Assembly (NCBI RefSeq): GCF_009914755.1
Contig: NC_060940.1
Strand: one strand, 5' to 3'
From: the human T2T-CHM13v2.0 reference genome, Homo sapiens
Length of the DNA stretch: 64,000 nucleotides
Program-made: the position numbers and the translations under genes
The notes under the pieces: model-generated
Database searches by the model: none
Seen by the model: the letters and a program-made list of their open reading frames with translations, nothing else
Told to the model about the DNA's origin: nothing
Shown here: piece after piece, positions 39,166 to 52,839 of the stretch
Position numbering within the stretch: position 1 is the stretch's first letter
How the letters are laid out: every line of letters begins with the position of its first letter

Positions 39166-40499
39166 CAGGCAAAGCAAAGGGTTCCTGCCCATGGGGAGCT
39201 GTAATCTACTTGAGTGTAGGCACGTAAATGGGAAAGAGGTTGAGAAACTGTCAGGATGACCACCTACTAATTCGCTCTGAGACTTCAGTTAAGGCACAGA
39301 ATTCCTGGGCCTCAGTTTCTTCCTCTTTTAAACCAAGTCTTAGGCTGGATAAAAGAGGGCCCCATCCTGGGGTTCATGAAAGTAGTAATGCTGGTCTATG
39401 GATAACACTTAGCATAAAAAAAAAAAAAACCTAACATTATATTTGCATTCAGGCCTGGAGACCATAGAGCATCTTTGCTCTTGGCTGAAATTACGTCCCA
39501 CCAGGGTAGTAACCCTGGTTACCTCCAGCTGATGAGAAGCTTCGATTAGCAGTCACGTATCTGACTCTGCTTGACAAGAATAAGAAACTGGATCCCTCAT
39601 TGCTTGTTCTGGGACCACTTGCTGGGGAAGGCCACCCTCAGGTCTAGGGGCTTCCGCTGCGATTCTCTAAGGTCATTTGACCCCCTGGGACTTGCCCTCC
39701 CTTGGACTCCCTGGCTTTCCTCTAGTCTCTAGGGTCCCAGCTATTTTTTCCACCACACCCAGGGTTCCCTGTGGCAGGCCCAAGCTAAGGTGGATGTGCA
39801 GAGTGTGGGCTGGCCAGTATAGCCAAGCTGGGCAAATGCACGTGCTGTCAGGAGCATGGACAGAGCTCCCGGTGCTCAGAGTCCACCACCGCTTCTGCTC
39901 TTCCTACAGGCAGAAGGCAAAGGCCTGTTTCCCACTGAATAGCACCTTCTCCAGTCATGCCTGGGGAGCTCTGAAAATAAACCAGATTGGGAATAGTCAG
40001 GATGTGGGCTACTGATGGCCCCTCGGGTCTATCCAGTGCATTTTCTCTGGCACTAATTTTCAAAGAAAGTTTCACTAAAACATTTTCCACTGGGCAAAAT
40101 CATGCCTTTAGAATCAGCCTACACTAGAGTCTTAGGATAGCTGAGCCAGGAGAAAGCACTAGACAACATTTATTTATTTTATAGATAAAAAAAAAAACTC
40201 TGTTAAAGATGCTTCATCTACCCTTGTTGTTCCAGGGAGATGTGGCCTCTGCTAGGCTGTTGCGGCTGAGCTGATGATCAGGGCAATTTATCCATTCTTA
40301 GAAATCTGGTGAGCCCTGCTTCGGCTCTGTGCAACTGCTAAATTCAGTTTGTATGGATTTGGCTTGGAATCACGGCCCTGACGTTCCATTTGATTCAGCT
40401 TGGCTGGGGTAACGCTCAGGTCTTTTGTAGAAGAGTTCACAACACTGGCCAGTTAAAGGGTGGTGTGCCCTCAGGCAGTCAGAAAATCTTGTCCACTGA

Positions 40500-40800
40500 C
40501 TCATTCATTAACCCACAAACAGAACAGGCATTGCCCTAAGTATTTGGGGGTATGAAAGAAGCTGATGTGGATGTGTTCCTGTCCCAGAAGGAGCTGATGG
40601 TTGTATCTATGAAGGTAAGCATTTTTGTAGATACGAGCACCAGCCACCCTAAGCAAAGGCAGAGAATGCTTAGGCCAGACAGAGGGCTAGGGCACTTGAA
40701 TAGAAAGAGAGCAATTCTTGGGTACAAGAAGCCCAAGGGAAGTTTTCTGGAAGAGGTGGCATTTGAGCTGGCCCCTATAGAATCAATAAGATTGGGAAAC
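40500..40800 (-). mobile_element. L2 fragment
   Basis: tcattcatt...aagggaagttttctggaagaggtggcatttgagctggcc. Confidence 0.65.
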
Positions 40801-42289
40801 TGATATGGTGTACTTTCTCTGTCAAAACATGGCCCATGGAGAACAAAAAACATAGCAATTGAGACACAGTACCAAGTCTGGAGGGTAGACTTATAAAAAT
40901 TGTGAAAAGTGTTGGGAAAGGAAAATGCAGGCCTTTTAGGAGAGACTAATGGGAGGTTTATAATTCAGATTGGGTGTGTAGGGGGGTAAGGGGCACCAGG
41001 ATTCAAACTCGGATCTTAATGTTTCCAGAGCCCACACCCATAATTACTGCCCTGCTTCCTCCCAGCTGAGATCTCTGCAGGGCCCCTGGGTGAATCAGAG
41101 ACAGAAGTCAGGCCTCCCAACTCCCTGGGTCAGCCCTCTTTCCTCACAGCCTACCTGCTGCCTGAGCTGCTGCCTCAGGGCACATGCCTGTCTGCCTGGC
41201 TGATGTTTCCCATCAGTGGCTGACTCCACACTGTGCTCTTGGAGGTGAGGTCAGGGACAGCCCAAGCACCCAGACTGCTTAGGGCAGACATGCAAGGCTC
41301 AGGCCCTCCTGAAGCAGTCGTTAACCTTTCTTCAAAGGTCATGTTGTGGAAAACCCCTACTTCAGCCTCCCAGCTGTAATCACAAAGGGCATCAGTGAGA
41401 AAGCCTTTTCCTGGGAATGTCTGTTCTTGGTAACATGCCCAGGTCACAATCTGGAACATCAGAGTCCCGTTCACAGAAACACGGATCCTGTTGCAGGCAC
41501 TCTGGCCCCACCATCGCCCAGTCCTGGAGGGTACTTCTGGATACTGGACGATCAAGTTCAGTGTCTCCTGGCTAAAGGCAGCTCACGTAAACTTCGCAGC
41601 TGCAGCCTGAGAGGCACGAGGACCCAGTGTGTCCACGAACCAGAGGTCTTTGTCCTCTGCCTAGGGTTTCCCATAAGGAAAAGCTCACACGGCACCGCTG
41701 TCCCCACAGCGCCCTGCTGTGGAGCTTGTTCTCTGTGTGTCCATGTTCCCCGTCATGTGCCCTCCCACTCCAGTGATCATTGCTAGTCTGCTGCTGTCAC
41801 TTCCCTCCTCCTGTCCCTCTTCCTCTCTGACAACCCTTTCCCAGAATGCCTCTCCTCTCCCCTCCCTGGGTGTCATTCTCTTCAAAAAGGTTTTTTAAAG
41901 AGCGAATGTTTAATTTGTGTTTGTTGACTAAATGAATTAATCAAGTAGGGCTCTTCATTATGTAATGCCTTGTACATGCAAAAGATTATATGACATCAAT
42001 AGAAGGTATTAAGAATAAATAAAATGCCCACTTTACCAAGTTAAGGCCCCTATCTATGTGGCCCTCTGCCAGAGTAACAGCTTCCTTAAGTGGCCCTTTT
42101 TTCCTCTTCTCCCCGCAGTCTAATCCACTGTCCACCTGACTGCTGGGGCCATCTTTGCCCGCCTCAGCTCCCCTCCGTTGCTGTCACCAGCTACCCAGGT
42201 CAGCATGGCCCGTCAGCAGAGCACATGGGCTGGCGCCGGCCATCCAGGCAGAACAGAACTGCGCTAGCCTGTGCCCTGTACCCTGCTGT

Positions 42290-42685
42290 CTCCCTGTCTT
42301 GGGGTGCACAGTTTCCTTTACCTGGAATAACCCCACCCACATGTCCCATGTCTCTGCCTGTCACACCCACCTTTCCTTCTAGGCCGCAAAATGTCATGGT
42401 TTTCCCAAAGCTGTACCCAATTTCTCCACTCAGCTGTACTTCCTCCTTCTCTGAGCCCCTTTAAAACATAGGTGGTTTTGCTTTTCTCTTGCAGTGTATC
42501 TGACATTTTGCTACCTTTTATTAGGGTGAGGTTTTTTTTTTTTTTTTTTTTTCATTTCTAATCTCACATACTGGATTATAAGTGTCTTGTGGACAGCCAC
42601 ATGTCTTTGAATTTGTAGGGCCTAGTAGAGCATCTTGTGCATACATAATAGGTCCTCAACAAATAATTGGATTAGAATGGATTGA
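42290..42685 (+). mobile_element. L2 fragment
   Basis: tggattataagtgtcttgtggacag...gcatacataataggtcctcaacaaat. Confidence 0.6.
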
Positions 42686-43389
42686 ACAGTCCTCCCCTAA
42701 AGCTCACCTCACATCTCCTTCCCTGAAATCCTATAAAAATAAGCACTTGTCTCCCGAGGGAGAAGGGCTTCTTGGAGCAGGAATGTGGTTGATGCTTAAT
42801 AAATAATAGCTGGATGAACAAATATTTGCAAACATCCTGCCTAAGATAGAGGATTGGACTCAGTGCTTCCTGGGGCAGAAAGTTGTTTAACCTCTATCAC
42901 TTCTTGATAAATAATCCCTACATTAGGATATTTGGAATTGCCAACTAGGTATCATGTAAAGGCAAAACAATTATGATACTGAATGTGCATTCTCACACAC
43001 ATTGGTTGAGGATTACAGCTCTCAGAAGGTTGTTCATAAAGGCATGATGTCTCTCTGTAGGTCTCTTTGGGGACAGGGGATTTTGAGGGAGATTCTGTTG
43101 GCCCAGTCTCAACTGTTAGTGCCTTTAAGAAAACCCAAACTGATTTTCTTTAGACAACACTAAGAAAAGCATGCACAATTCTTTGAAACAATTTTTAACA
43201 GTAAAACATATTTATACCTTTTAATTGTGCTGTCTTAACATTTAGAGAAATTAATATGCAAAAACTTTCACCACTCTTAACTCTCGTTTCTGTTTTCCAG
43301 TGCTACCTTCCAGTCTTTGTCCATGTGTATGAAAGAAGCTTTCATTTCTGCCAGAAATGAAATCAAACTTCTGATGTTTTCCTGTTATA

Positions 43390-44350
43390 AACATCAAATC
43401 TAACAGGCAAACTTTGTGAACACCTACTGTGTCCAAAGCCATGTACTGAGAATGGCGGGAGATACAAAAAGAGTTTGTTCACTACACAAGTATATACTAA
43501 ATGCTTGCCCTGTGCCTAGAGCTGTTCTGGTCCATGATAACAGCTGTGGGTGAGACAGGTCCTCAGCTTCCAGGATGGAAAGAGAGGCACCACACAGAAA
43601 AATAATATGTCAGGGGCAGATAGGCTATGAAGAAAAATAAACAGGGAGGGACTTAGAGGGGGCCATTGTTTTATGAGAGTGGTCAGGGACATTCTCTCCA
43701 AGATAACATTTAAGCAGCCTCTGAAGGAAGTGTGGAGGTGAGGGAAGAGTGTTCTAGGCAGAAGAAACAGCAAGTGCAAAGGCCCTGAGGTGGGAGTGGT
43801 TTTTAAGAAACAGAAGCCTCTATGGCGGGAGGGATAGGTTGGGGAAATATGAAGTCAAGAGAGGGAGCCAGAGGACTGGGCTACTTTAGAGGCTGCAGAA
43901 GGACTTGGACTTTTATTCCAGGTGTGATGGGAGCCCATGGGAAGTGTTGATCTCACTGTGGAGAACAGCCCAGAGACAGGAATAGATGCAGGGAGATCAT
44001 TAAGGGGCTGCTGAAGTTTCTCAGGAGAGAGGCTGTGGTGGCCTATATAAGGTGCTCTACTAGGCCGCACAAATTCAGAGACATGGGGCTGTCCACAAGA
44101 AACTACGGTGGTAGTGATTTAGGGAGGTAGCAGAGCAATCAGGTCCTGGATGTGTTTTGAAAGTAAAGCCAACAGATTTCCTTTCATATTGAATGTAGGT
44201 GTGAGAGAAAGAGAGGAGTCAAGGTTGAATCCAAGGTTTTTGGCCTGAGTAACTGATAAAATGGAGGTGATGGTCTCTGAGATACATGGAATGGGGGGGA
44301 ACAAGTTTGGGCAGTGAAGTCAGGAGTTTTGTTTGGATTCTCGAAGCTGC
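43390..44350 (-). mobile_element. Long L2 fragment
   Basis: ttctaggcagaagaaacagcaagtgcaaaggccctgaggtggga; gagaggagtcaaggttgaatccaaggtttttggcctgagtaactg. Confidence 0.9.
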
Positions 44351-44606
44351 ATATGGCTCCTCCGAAGTTCATGGCAGGTGCTGCTACGACACCGTTTCCT
44401 TCAGAGCCCCAGCATGGCCTCACCATCTCAACACAGTGCTGCAGAACCCAATCTAGAATGAAAACCATCGCACTTTCCTGGCATTGACAGACAATCCAGG
44501 CATATCCACTGGGGAGGGGAGAGGAGTGCTGGGGAGGAGGCTGTTCTGTGGACAACTGGCATGATCAGGGAAAGCACCAAGGGGGAGAGGAGCTGGAACA
44601 GAGCTT

Positions 44607-45070
44607 TTGTGTCAAGGAGCCACTGGCTGCAAGTAACAGAAAACCCAATTCAGAAGGGCTTAAACCATACCGGAAATTATGAACACATATATCAAGAAGT
44701 CTGGAAATTAAGCAGGCCCACGGTTGCCCAATGAAGCTATCAGGGACCCAAGTCTTTTCTCTCTATTCATTGTGCCTGCCTCAGCACACCAGCTGGCTCC
44801 TCCCTGCAGCAGCTCCAGGCATTATGGTTTCACCACCTAAATCAAGGGAAATGACAGGGTCGAGCCTCTCCCTATTTTAGAAGCCCTGCTGGGAGACTGG
44901 CCCTTACGCTGGACAGATTTAGCCCTCATTGCACAGATTTGGGTCCCATGTCTCTTCTTAAACCAATCACTGGTTAGGGCAGTGGGTTTACATGATGTGC
45001 TTCTGCCAATCAAGAGGAGATAGGGACACCAGGACACAGCTCAGACTTGGCCAACAGGGAAGAGAGAGAA
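44607..45070 (-). mobile_element. Old MaLR LTR (MLT1J/K-like) inserted in an L2
   Basis: ggctgcaagtaacagaaaacccaattcagaagggcttaaac; cttaaaccaatcactgg. Confidence 0.75.
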
Positions 45071-45624
45071 CAATGGTGGATGGCTTGGCCACCAACAGTG
45101 TCTGCTCCAGCCCCAAACCATCAGGAAGAATTGGTACTGAGAAGTAAGAAGGGAGGGCGTTCTAGGTGGGGAGAAAAGCATGAGCAGAGGCACAGAAGCA
45201 TGAAGATACAAGGTATGTCCCTCAGACAAGTTGGCGGGGTTGATGAGTTGTATACAGTGTGGCATGGAATGAAGGCCAGAAAGAAACCGTAATTGCTAAC
45301 CTTATTTGGGGATCTTCTTGGCTTACCAGGGGTCTTCAGACCAGTACTTAAAAACCACAGATCTAGAAGGCCAACCATCTCAAGGAAGGAATTCTTGAAG
45401 AACTGTAAGCCTTGGCCAATTAGACTAGATAAAGCCACTGTTAATATTCCTCTGAGCACTTCCACTTTGGGGGAAGATGGAATGTCCTCAGCTTAGTCCC
45501 TGTGCTGATGCCAGGTTTAGTTGGGTGGCTCTTGGGTAGAAAAAAGAGCATGCAAGACAGAGCTTTCCTTTGGAAAACATAGCCAGAAGCTGATCCTGAG
45601 TATCAGTCATCCTGCTTTCATTGA

Positions 45625-46085
45625 GATTGCGTATCAAACCCTTTCAGGTACAAATGGCAGAAATCCTGCCCAATGACTTAAAAAATAAGCTTAGCCACCT
45701 CTCTCACTGAAAAGTCTGGCTCCTGGGGCTGTAAGGATGTTATCAGGACCTAGTGGCTCCTCTCTAGGCTCTGCTTTCCTCCATGTTAACTTCACTCTCA
45801 GGTGGATTCACCCCTCAGCCTCAGCTCCAAATCCCCATGCAAAGTGTTTCTTTACTGGATATCCCAGGAAGAGTCTTAATGCTTCTCACTGATTCTGATT
45901 GACTTATGTTCCATCCCTGAACCAACCATTGTGGTTTTGGGGAATGGAATATGTTGACTTAGTCCCCACCTTAATGACATTTGGCCAAGAGCTGGGGAGA
46001 AGTGGCTCTTCGAACACTTGATGTTGGCAAAGAGGTGAAAGAATGAATATAAGGTGGCCCCAAGCCACAAATGTCTAATCTATGA
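45625..46085 (-). mobile_element. Old MaLR LTR (MLT1-type)
   Basis: ggctctgctttcctccatgtt..cttcactctcagg; ccatccctgaaccaaccattgtgg. Confidence 0.7.
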
Positions 46086-46149
46086 TTTTACCCCCGAGTC
46101 TAAGATCTCACATTTTTCACTTCAGCATCAGTTTGTGTGTTTTACAGTC

Positions 46150-46350
46150 TACAACAGGCTATCATAGGCATCCCACTTAATCCTAATAACACCCCTATAA
46201 AGGAGGCTGGGTGGCAATTATCCTATTTATAGATGAGGAGACTGAGGGTTAGAGAAATTCAGTTATTTGTCCAGGACCATCTCGATCGAAATTGGCAAGT
46301 CTGGCCTTTGAACCTGGGACTTGTAACCCTCTTCCAGTGAAGTTGCCCAT
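46150..46350 (-). mobile_element. MIR
   Basis: tttatagatgaggagactgagggttagaga. Confidence 0.8.
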
Positions 46351-49249
46351 TACACTGATGACTTACAATGCATCTGCCTGCATATTCGAGGAGAGAAGTT
46401 CTTAAAACTTCTACAAGTGAAATCAAGTTCACTTCTGTAAGTGAAATCAAGTTGAAGAGTCAGCTCAAGGAGTGCAATATGTAAATGGTAAAATAAACAA
46501 CATCATTAAGCTCAAGGGCATGTTTTAATAACAGTTAAATAACTTTTACAAAATAGCAAATATTTTCCCATTCTGCTGAAATGGGTCTTAGGAAAAAGGA
46601 TTGTAATATAGAACCCCAGGTGGTCAAGTGCACATTGGATTTTCCTAACAGCCTCCTTTATAAAGAAGAGCTTGCCTGTGGCTTTGTTTCCTTACTCTCC
46701 AGCCTCACCTTCCTCCCCTTGCCTATGCTCAAACCATTGCCCACTAATAGTTCTGCAGATCCCAGGATAGAAGTTAATCTGCTTGGAAGGTTGGTCCACT
46801 TAGCTTTTCCCCACAGGTGTCATTTTGGTACCTGGTGAGAGGGTCTGCCTGTCTCCCTCTCACTCTGCACTCCAGCACCAGTCAGCGAGGCTGCCATCTT
46901 CCCTGATCAAGAGCTGGCTCCAGAGTGAACTGTAAAGCACCCCTGTTAGATTTCCTGGCATTTGTAAGGACCTTTTCTGGGGCCCAGACAGAACCAGAGG
47001 CCTCCAGCCAGAGGCACCAATCCTCTGAGGCCCTGGTGCATGGGCAACAAATGAGACTTTTTGCCTCCAGAAGGAGCTATAAGCAGAAATTATAGGAAGT
47101 ATAATAAATCATCCTCCCGCCCTCAAAGTAGGGCCACACCAAGGAAGGTAGAGGGAATTCTGTATCAAATGAGCTGATCAGGCCAAAATGTGTGTTTACT
47201 TCTCATTGAGAACATATCTGCAGGTACATGGTAAACTACAAGTACTATACTGTGTTCCTCTTGGTTATTAGTCTCTGGATGGCACAGCCAATTGCAGTAC
47301 AAGGTGGGATGGCCCCTGTGAACCCAAGTCTTCTGACTCCAAGTCCCCAAGGCTGGCCCCCTAGATGCCAGGCTGCTGGACAGGACCCTCAGACAAGGCT
47401 AGGGAAAGCAGTAAGTGCTGTGCTTCCTGGGCCAGCCTCAGCAGGGCACTGGGTTGCAAGGAGAGCAGTTCAGATGAGGTGGGCACTCTAGTGCCTTGCT
47501 CAGAGCACAAGCTTCCAAGTAACACAGAAGCTCAGTTCTGCCACTCACCACCTGAGTGACCTTGAGCAAGCGAGTTGATCTCTCTTGGCCTGCATTTCCT
47601 CCTCTGAGGAATCTTCTAATAGTACCTTTCTTGGAGAGTCGTGAGGATGAAATGGGGAGGTGCACACAAACCACCCAGCACGACGTCTGGCACAGGGTAT
47701 TTGCTTGATACTTTCGCATAGTGAGGCTGACATAGGAAGAACTTCTCATCACAGCTCATCCACACCCCCACATCAGGAATGCTCAAGTAGACCCTTCTCC
47801 CCTCCCAACCTTCCTCCTGGCCCCGGCCCCATCCAGCTGTTCCTTCTTGTGGGCAGTGGGGTGGGCCCTGTCTTCAGTGCAGACATGCCCTGTTGCCCTT
47901 GAGTGCATTGGCCTGTCCCCCCCACCAACCCCAACAGCTCACAGGGCCTCTTGGTATGGGAAGTGCAAGTCACCCTGAGGAGGTGCCGTCCATGCTGGAG
48001 CCAGATTCTGAGGCTGCAATGGAACTTTGGGCTGATGCACTCACATTGCTTGCCTTCTGCCAAGAGTTCTGCTGGGGAGCTGCCCTCGGCTAACCTCTGA
48101 GTGTCTGACTAGATAGCAGCAGCGGCAGCAGCAGCCATCTCTGGAGCCAAGCATTTGAGCAGAGAACAGCTGCTCCTGGTCCTGGGCCCCCTCTTGCCTG
48201 GCCCAGGTTCCAGTCAGCTCTGCCTAAAAGACTCCCCAGGGCAGCCTGGCTCTGGTGCCAGGACCCTTCACCCTCCTCGTTCCTCCATCTCACCCGCAAC
48301 AGTGTGTGACTGATCGACTCCTCCTGCCACTTTGTCTTATCACGAAGATTAGCAGGGAGGAAGCTGGGATGTGGAGTCAGAAGACCTGGGTTGGAGCCCC
48401 AGCCCGGCTACTTGCTGGCCTGTGACCTTGAGCAGGTCCCATCCTTTCCACACTTCTGGAAGATGGGAGAAGAGAATCTTTATTCTTTCTTCTTAATTGG
48501 GCAAGTGTGATTAATTGTAATGCAATGCAGAGTTGCCTGATGAGAAGCTTTTAAAGCAAGCCAGAGGTGTGTTTGAGTGAAAGATGAAAATATTCTTTAC
48601 AGCCCTGTGGGGCGGGTGTTGGTCACTCTTCATCTGTTTGGTGTTGGTAGGTGAAAGCAGGCCAGCTCACTGGGCCACTCTTCAGCCTCCATGCTGAGCC
48701 CTGTTACCTACTGGGTCCCTCTCAAGTTCAGTCCCTGTGGGAGGTATGCACAGACATGTGTAGCCAGGATTTGACCCGATGGGCCATGCACTTTGCCATC
48801 ACATGGAAGCAGAGTGGGGGACATGTGGCAGCTTGTGGGATGAAGGGGCCAGACCTGGGCCCTGCCTTCTCCCCAGCCTGGGGTAGCAGGGAGATGCCAA
48901 CTCTTCCTGGGATTGAGCTTCTACTTAAAAAACAAACAAAAAAAAGTGTTGAAATTCTAATTAAAAGTTGTATTAAGTTCCAGTGTACACGGGGCATTTT
49001 TTATAATGTTAAATGTTCCCATTTAAGAACATATGCCTTTTCTTCAAATCTGGTTTTATGCCCTTCCATAAAATTTTTTTTTATTAAACATACATTGTTT
49101 GTTTGGGGAAGATAAAATTTTGTTTAATTAAAAAAATAAACATATCTTGTGAAATTTATTAAGTTTATATCTGTGATCAAGTTTTGTAAGTGATTCAGGT
49201 CCCAACAAATGATCTATTCCAGATTCAAGGAATGCAGGGCCCTATATAT

Positions 49250-51000
49250 TTCTAGTAATTCAAATTATATTTTTTATTTTCTCTGTTATCTTAATTTTTG
49301 CCTATATGTCTATTTTTGAAATAGACATCTTTGAAATTTCACACTAAAATTTTATTTATTCCATTTCTAATAATGGATGCTTCATATATTTAGCTTCTGT
49401 GTTTAATGCATTAAAGTTTCTGATGGTCATTAATGTCTTCATAAAATAAGTGTTCCTTTTATCATCACAAACATCTGTATCCTCTGCAGCATTTTTTTAA
49501 ACTAAAATTCTCCCTTATCTAATTAATTTTGACACTTCTCCCTCCTTTTGTTTGCACTTGCCTAGTATCTGCTTGCCTATGCATTTATTTTCAACATTTC
49601 TGTATACCTTTATTTTAATCAGTTTTCTTATAAACAGCATGCACCTGGAGCTTGGTTTTTGTTTTAATTTCTTAACCCAATCTGGCATCTTCTGTTTTTA
49701 ATGAGTAATCTAATCTGTTGACTGATGTACTGGATTTTATTTCTTCCATCTACAGTATGTTTATAATTTCTTTCTGTCGTATTTTGTTTCCCTTGCTTGT
49801 GCTGGTTTAATGTAGTTGCTTCAAATTTCATCTTTTCCCCATATTCTCTATGTTCCCATAGAGAACACAGGGAAAGTTCTCTACTTTTCCCTTTCATTAA
49901 AGGTTACATTCTTTTTCCCTTAATTCATAATTAAACACATATTGCTTTAATGTTATTTGAACACAAGATAACATGAAATAACTGTTCCTCCCTCCAAGAT
50001 GTTCCATTCTCTCCCTGCTCTTCCCTGCTTCAGTGGGATGAGACGTTAAAATTGTTTCCCTGTCCCTACTTAAGATGAGACCTTGGAACACTTTTCCTCC
50101 CATCCTCTTCAACTCCTTGATTCTGTTAGGAACATTTAATATTTTTAGCTTTGAGCTGTTGGTGGAATTTCCCTTGTAGTATGTCCCTTCTATTTTCAGA
50201 GTCCTTCTTTAGCAGTTCCATTCCCAGAACATCTACCATTCTCCATTTAGATTTAGGAGAAAAGGGAGGGGCAGGTGTGTGGCAATCTTCCTTACTCCTC
50301 ACGGTTTCCTGACCAGTTCATTTTCCCCAGGTCAAGGAAAAATGTTCTGCCACATTTGTTGTTTGTTGCTTTAAGTATTTTCCATAGATGAGATGTATGG
50401 GTGATAAACTATGAATTCTTGTGTGTTTCCTCTAAAAAATGATGGGCAAACTATTTGAGGTCTTTGGTTATCTTTTCTGAGTAGTGTATACATGGTATTC
50501 TGCTCTCTTTTAGTTTGTAGTGTTTCAGATGAGAAGTTCAATGTCAGTCTTACTCTTTTTTCCTTATAGGCAATATGTTCTTTCTGTCTGGAAGCTTTTA
50601 AGATTTTGTGTTCATCTTGAAGTTTAGCAGTTGTACCAAGGTAACCTATGTGTATGTCTTTTCTTGTCGTCCTTCCTGGAACTGTGTGAGCCTTTTCAAT
50701 CTGTAGAGTCAGTTCTTTTTTCAGTTCAGGGCAATTGTCTTCTGTTTGTTATTTAATTATTGGCTGTCCTCTCTCAGTTTGTTTTTCTACTTCTAGAACT
50801 CCCAATATTTTTAAGTTAGATCCCCCTGGATCTGTCCTCCATGTCTGTTATCTTTTCCCTTATAAATTATATATCTATATTTTTACTGTATATTTGGAGA
50901 TAGGTTTTCCATTTTGTCTTCCAGACCACCAATTCACATCTCAACAGGGACTCACCTGCAATAGTTGGGAAGACATTGTTTTAATATGTGAGAAATCTTT
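49250..51000 (-). mobile_element. Very old L1/HAL1-type remnant (ORF1 and 5' ORF2 regions)
   Basis: T-rich antisense L1 motifs (tttcttataaacagcat; gatgagaagttcaatgtcagtctt; gaagcttttaagatttt). The ORF 49664..49897(-) ends with a degenerate ORF2 N-terminus-like peptide. Confidence 0.7.
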
Positions 51001-51724
51001 TAAGTCTGCCCTGAGTTGCTGTAGGGCTCATGTGATGTTCTGCTTGAGTTTTCATTTGTCTCTTGGAGCAGCTGCACTTCACTGGGCTTGTGCACTGTTC
51101 GTTCTGACAGATCTTCTTCTGCCAGGACTTTGAAGCATGTTGTGAGTGTTCTTTGTTCTTTGTACCTCTGGTTATGGAGCCCAGAGTGGCAGCAGTCCAC
51201 AGCTGGTGGGAGTGGAGCTGTCCTTACCCTTGGAGCCAGTGGTATTGAGGCAGGTGAGCCACCAGTCTACTCCTGAGACATCTGTCTCCCTTACTTCCCA
51301 TTCCCCTTTGGCTACAGGGCAGGGGGTTGCAGCCCACTGGTTCAGCCACTTCTTGGTCTGACCTGGGTCAATCAGGCAAAGCCAGTTTCTACCTGCGCTC
51401 CATTACGTGCCAAATTCCACCCACATACACACACACACTAGGGATCCACTGGTCTTCCTTGGCCAAGTTCTTTCCGGCATCCATGGCTTTTGATCCTTGC
51501 TCCAAAGCTCTCTGAAGCTGGTCTCTAATAAGGGAGATCCCCACACCAGTTTTTCAGCCTTGTTTCCCGCATGTACCCCCATCTGCCCAAAGGCCTCAGC
51601 AGTTCTCTAATTTAGGATTGAACAGATAGGTTAGAGATGATAATCTCTTTCAGGTTGCCATGTTCTCAGGATCTGTTGTCTTTTCTCAGTTACTGATGGA
51701 TCAACTGAGACTGGAGGTCAGTCT

Positions 51725-51735
<11 letters not shown>

Positions 51736-51807
<72 letters not shown>
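51736..51807. repeat. Compound microsatellite (TC)15(TG)21
   Basis: Read directly from the sequence. Confidence 0.98.
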
Positions 51808-51811
<4 letters not shown>

Positions 51812-51931
51812 TCTTTTTTTCTGGATAGGCTATCCCTATGGCTGCACTCAGGGGCCACTAACACTCCCCATTACTCTTTGTCTAGTTGAATCTGATTAGA
51901 CACTGGACTAGCTTCCAGAATCATATACTCC

Positions 51932-52190
51932 AGAGTGCCTCAAATTACAGGACGGACACTGCCAGTGGCCCAAGATGAGTTGCAGTGGTGCAAGGACAGT
52001 GTTTGAGAATGTTGAATCCCGTGGTGGGAAAGTTGTTTGTTCAGTTCTCTTTTAGTTCTTCTAATTATGGCAAATAGTCTCGCGTTTGGCATTACTATGC
52101 CTTTGACACATCTCTAGCACTCATTAAATTCCCTTTTAATAAAACAGAGATCAAATGTCATGCCCAGTCTTCAGTAGGCAACAGTATTTT
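51932..52190. mobile_element. Probable hAT-Charlie fossil fragment
   Basis: Weak resemblance to a recalled Charlie 5' region (gacacatctctagcactc...ccttttaataaa...gtaggcaacagtat). Confidence 0.4.
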
Positions 52191-52839
52191 CTGTGGTGGG
52201 GAAGGCTGAAAGGGGACTGGGTTTGGGGGGGGGAAATTAGAAGTTCAGTTAGGAGCCCATTTATTCTGCCCTGCCTAGTACATATTTAAGTGGAGATGTT
52301 GAGTCGGCAATCCATGGTCTTAGCCCTGGGGCACTCCAGTGTTTAGATATTGGATTCCTTCCCCTTTGCCAACCAATGCAGAAGGTGCCTTTCCTACTTG
52401 TTGGCTGAATGTCTTTGCATCGGCTAGCTCAGGAGGTTTGTTTCCCATCACTCTGGGCCACTTCTTGGCAGCCAAGGCCACGTGATTGTCATTAGTGTTC
52501 CGTGTGTCTGACCAAGCAGCCCTTAAGTGCAAACATGGACCGTGGCCAACCTTCCAGCTGTGTAGAGCCTTCTGGCTGTGCATCTTGTTGGGTCCTTGGG
52601 GGGGTGTGGTATCCCCCAGTGAGGCTTCATAAAAAGGTGGAAGCAAGCTGAACCGTTTTCACAAGTTTGAACATGGTTCACACTAATGATTCACTGGACC
52701 TGTCAAATTTCTGACTACAGCCCGTATTTATTAGGATGAAAAAAAAATCTTCCATTAGTTTAGCACTTTTCCTTCTTACCAACATGCAGGAAACATTTAT
52801 TCTACCTGAAACGTGAGGCTGATGCCATTAACTGACTCT

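Noticed and set aside
39500-39519. Hairpin accagggt-agta-accctggt
   Set aside because: An 8-bp stem is expected several times by chance in 64 kb and is far too short for a pre-miRNA.
46407-46454. 24-bp tandem duplication (21/24 identical)
   Set aside because: Two adjacent copies without spacers; an ordinary slippage duplication, not an array.
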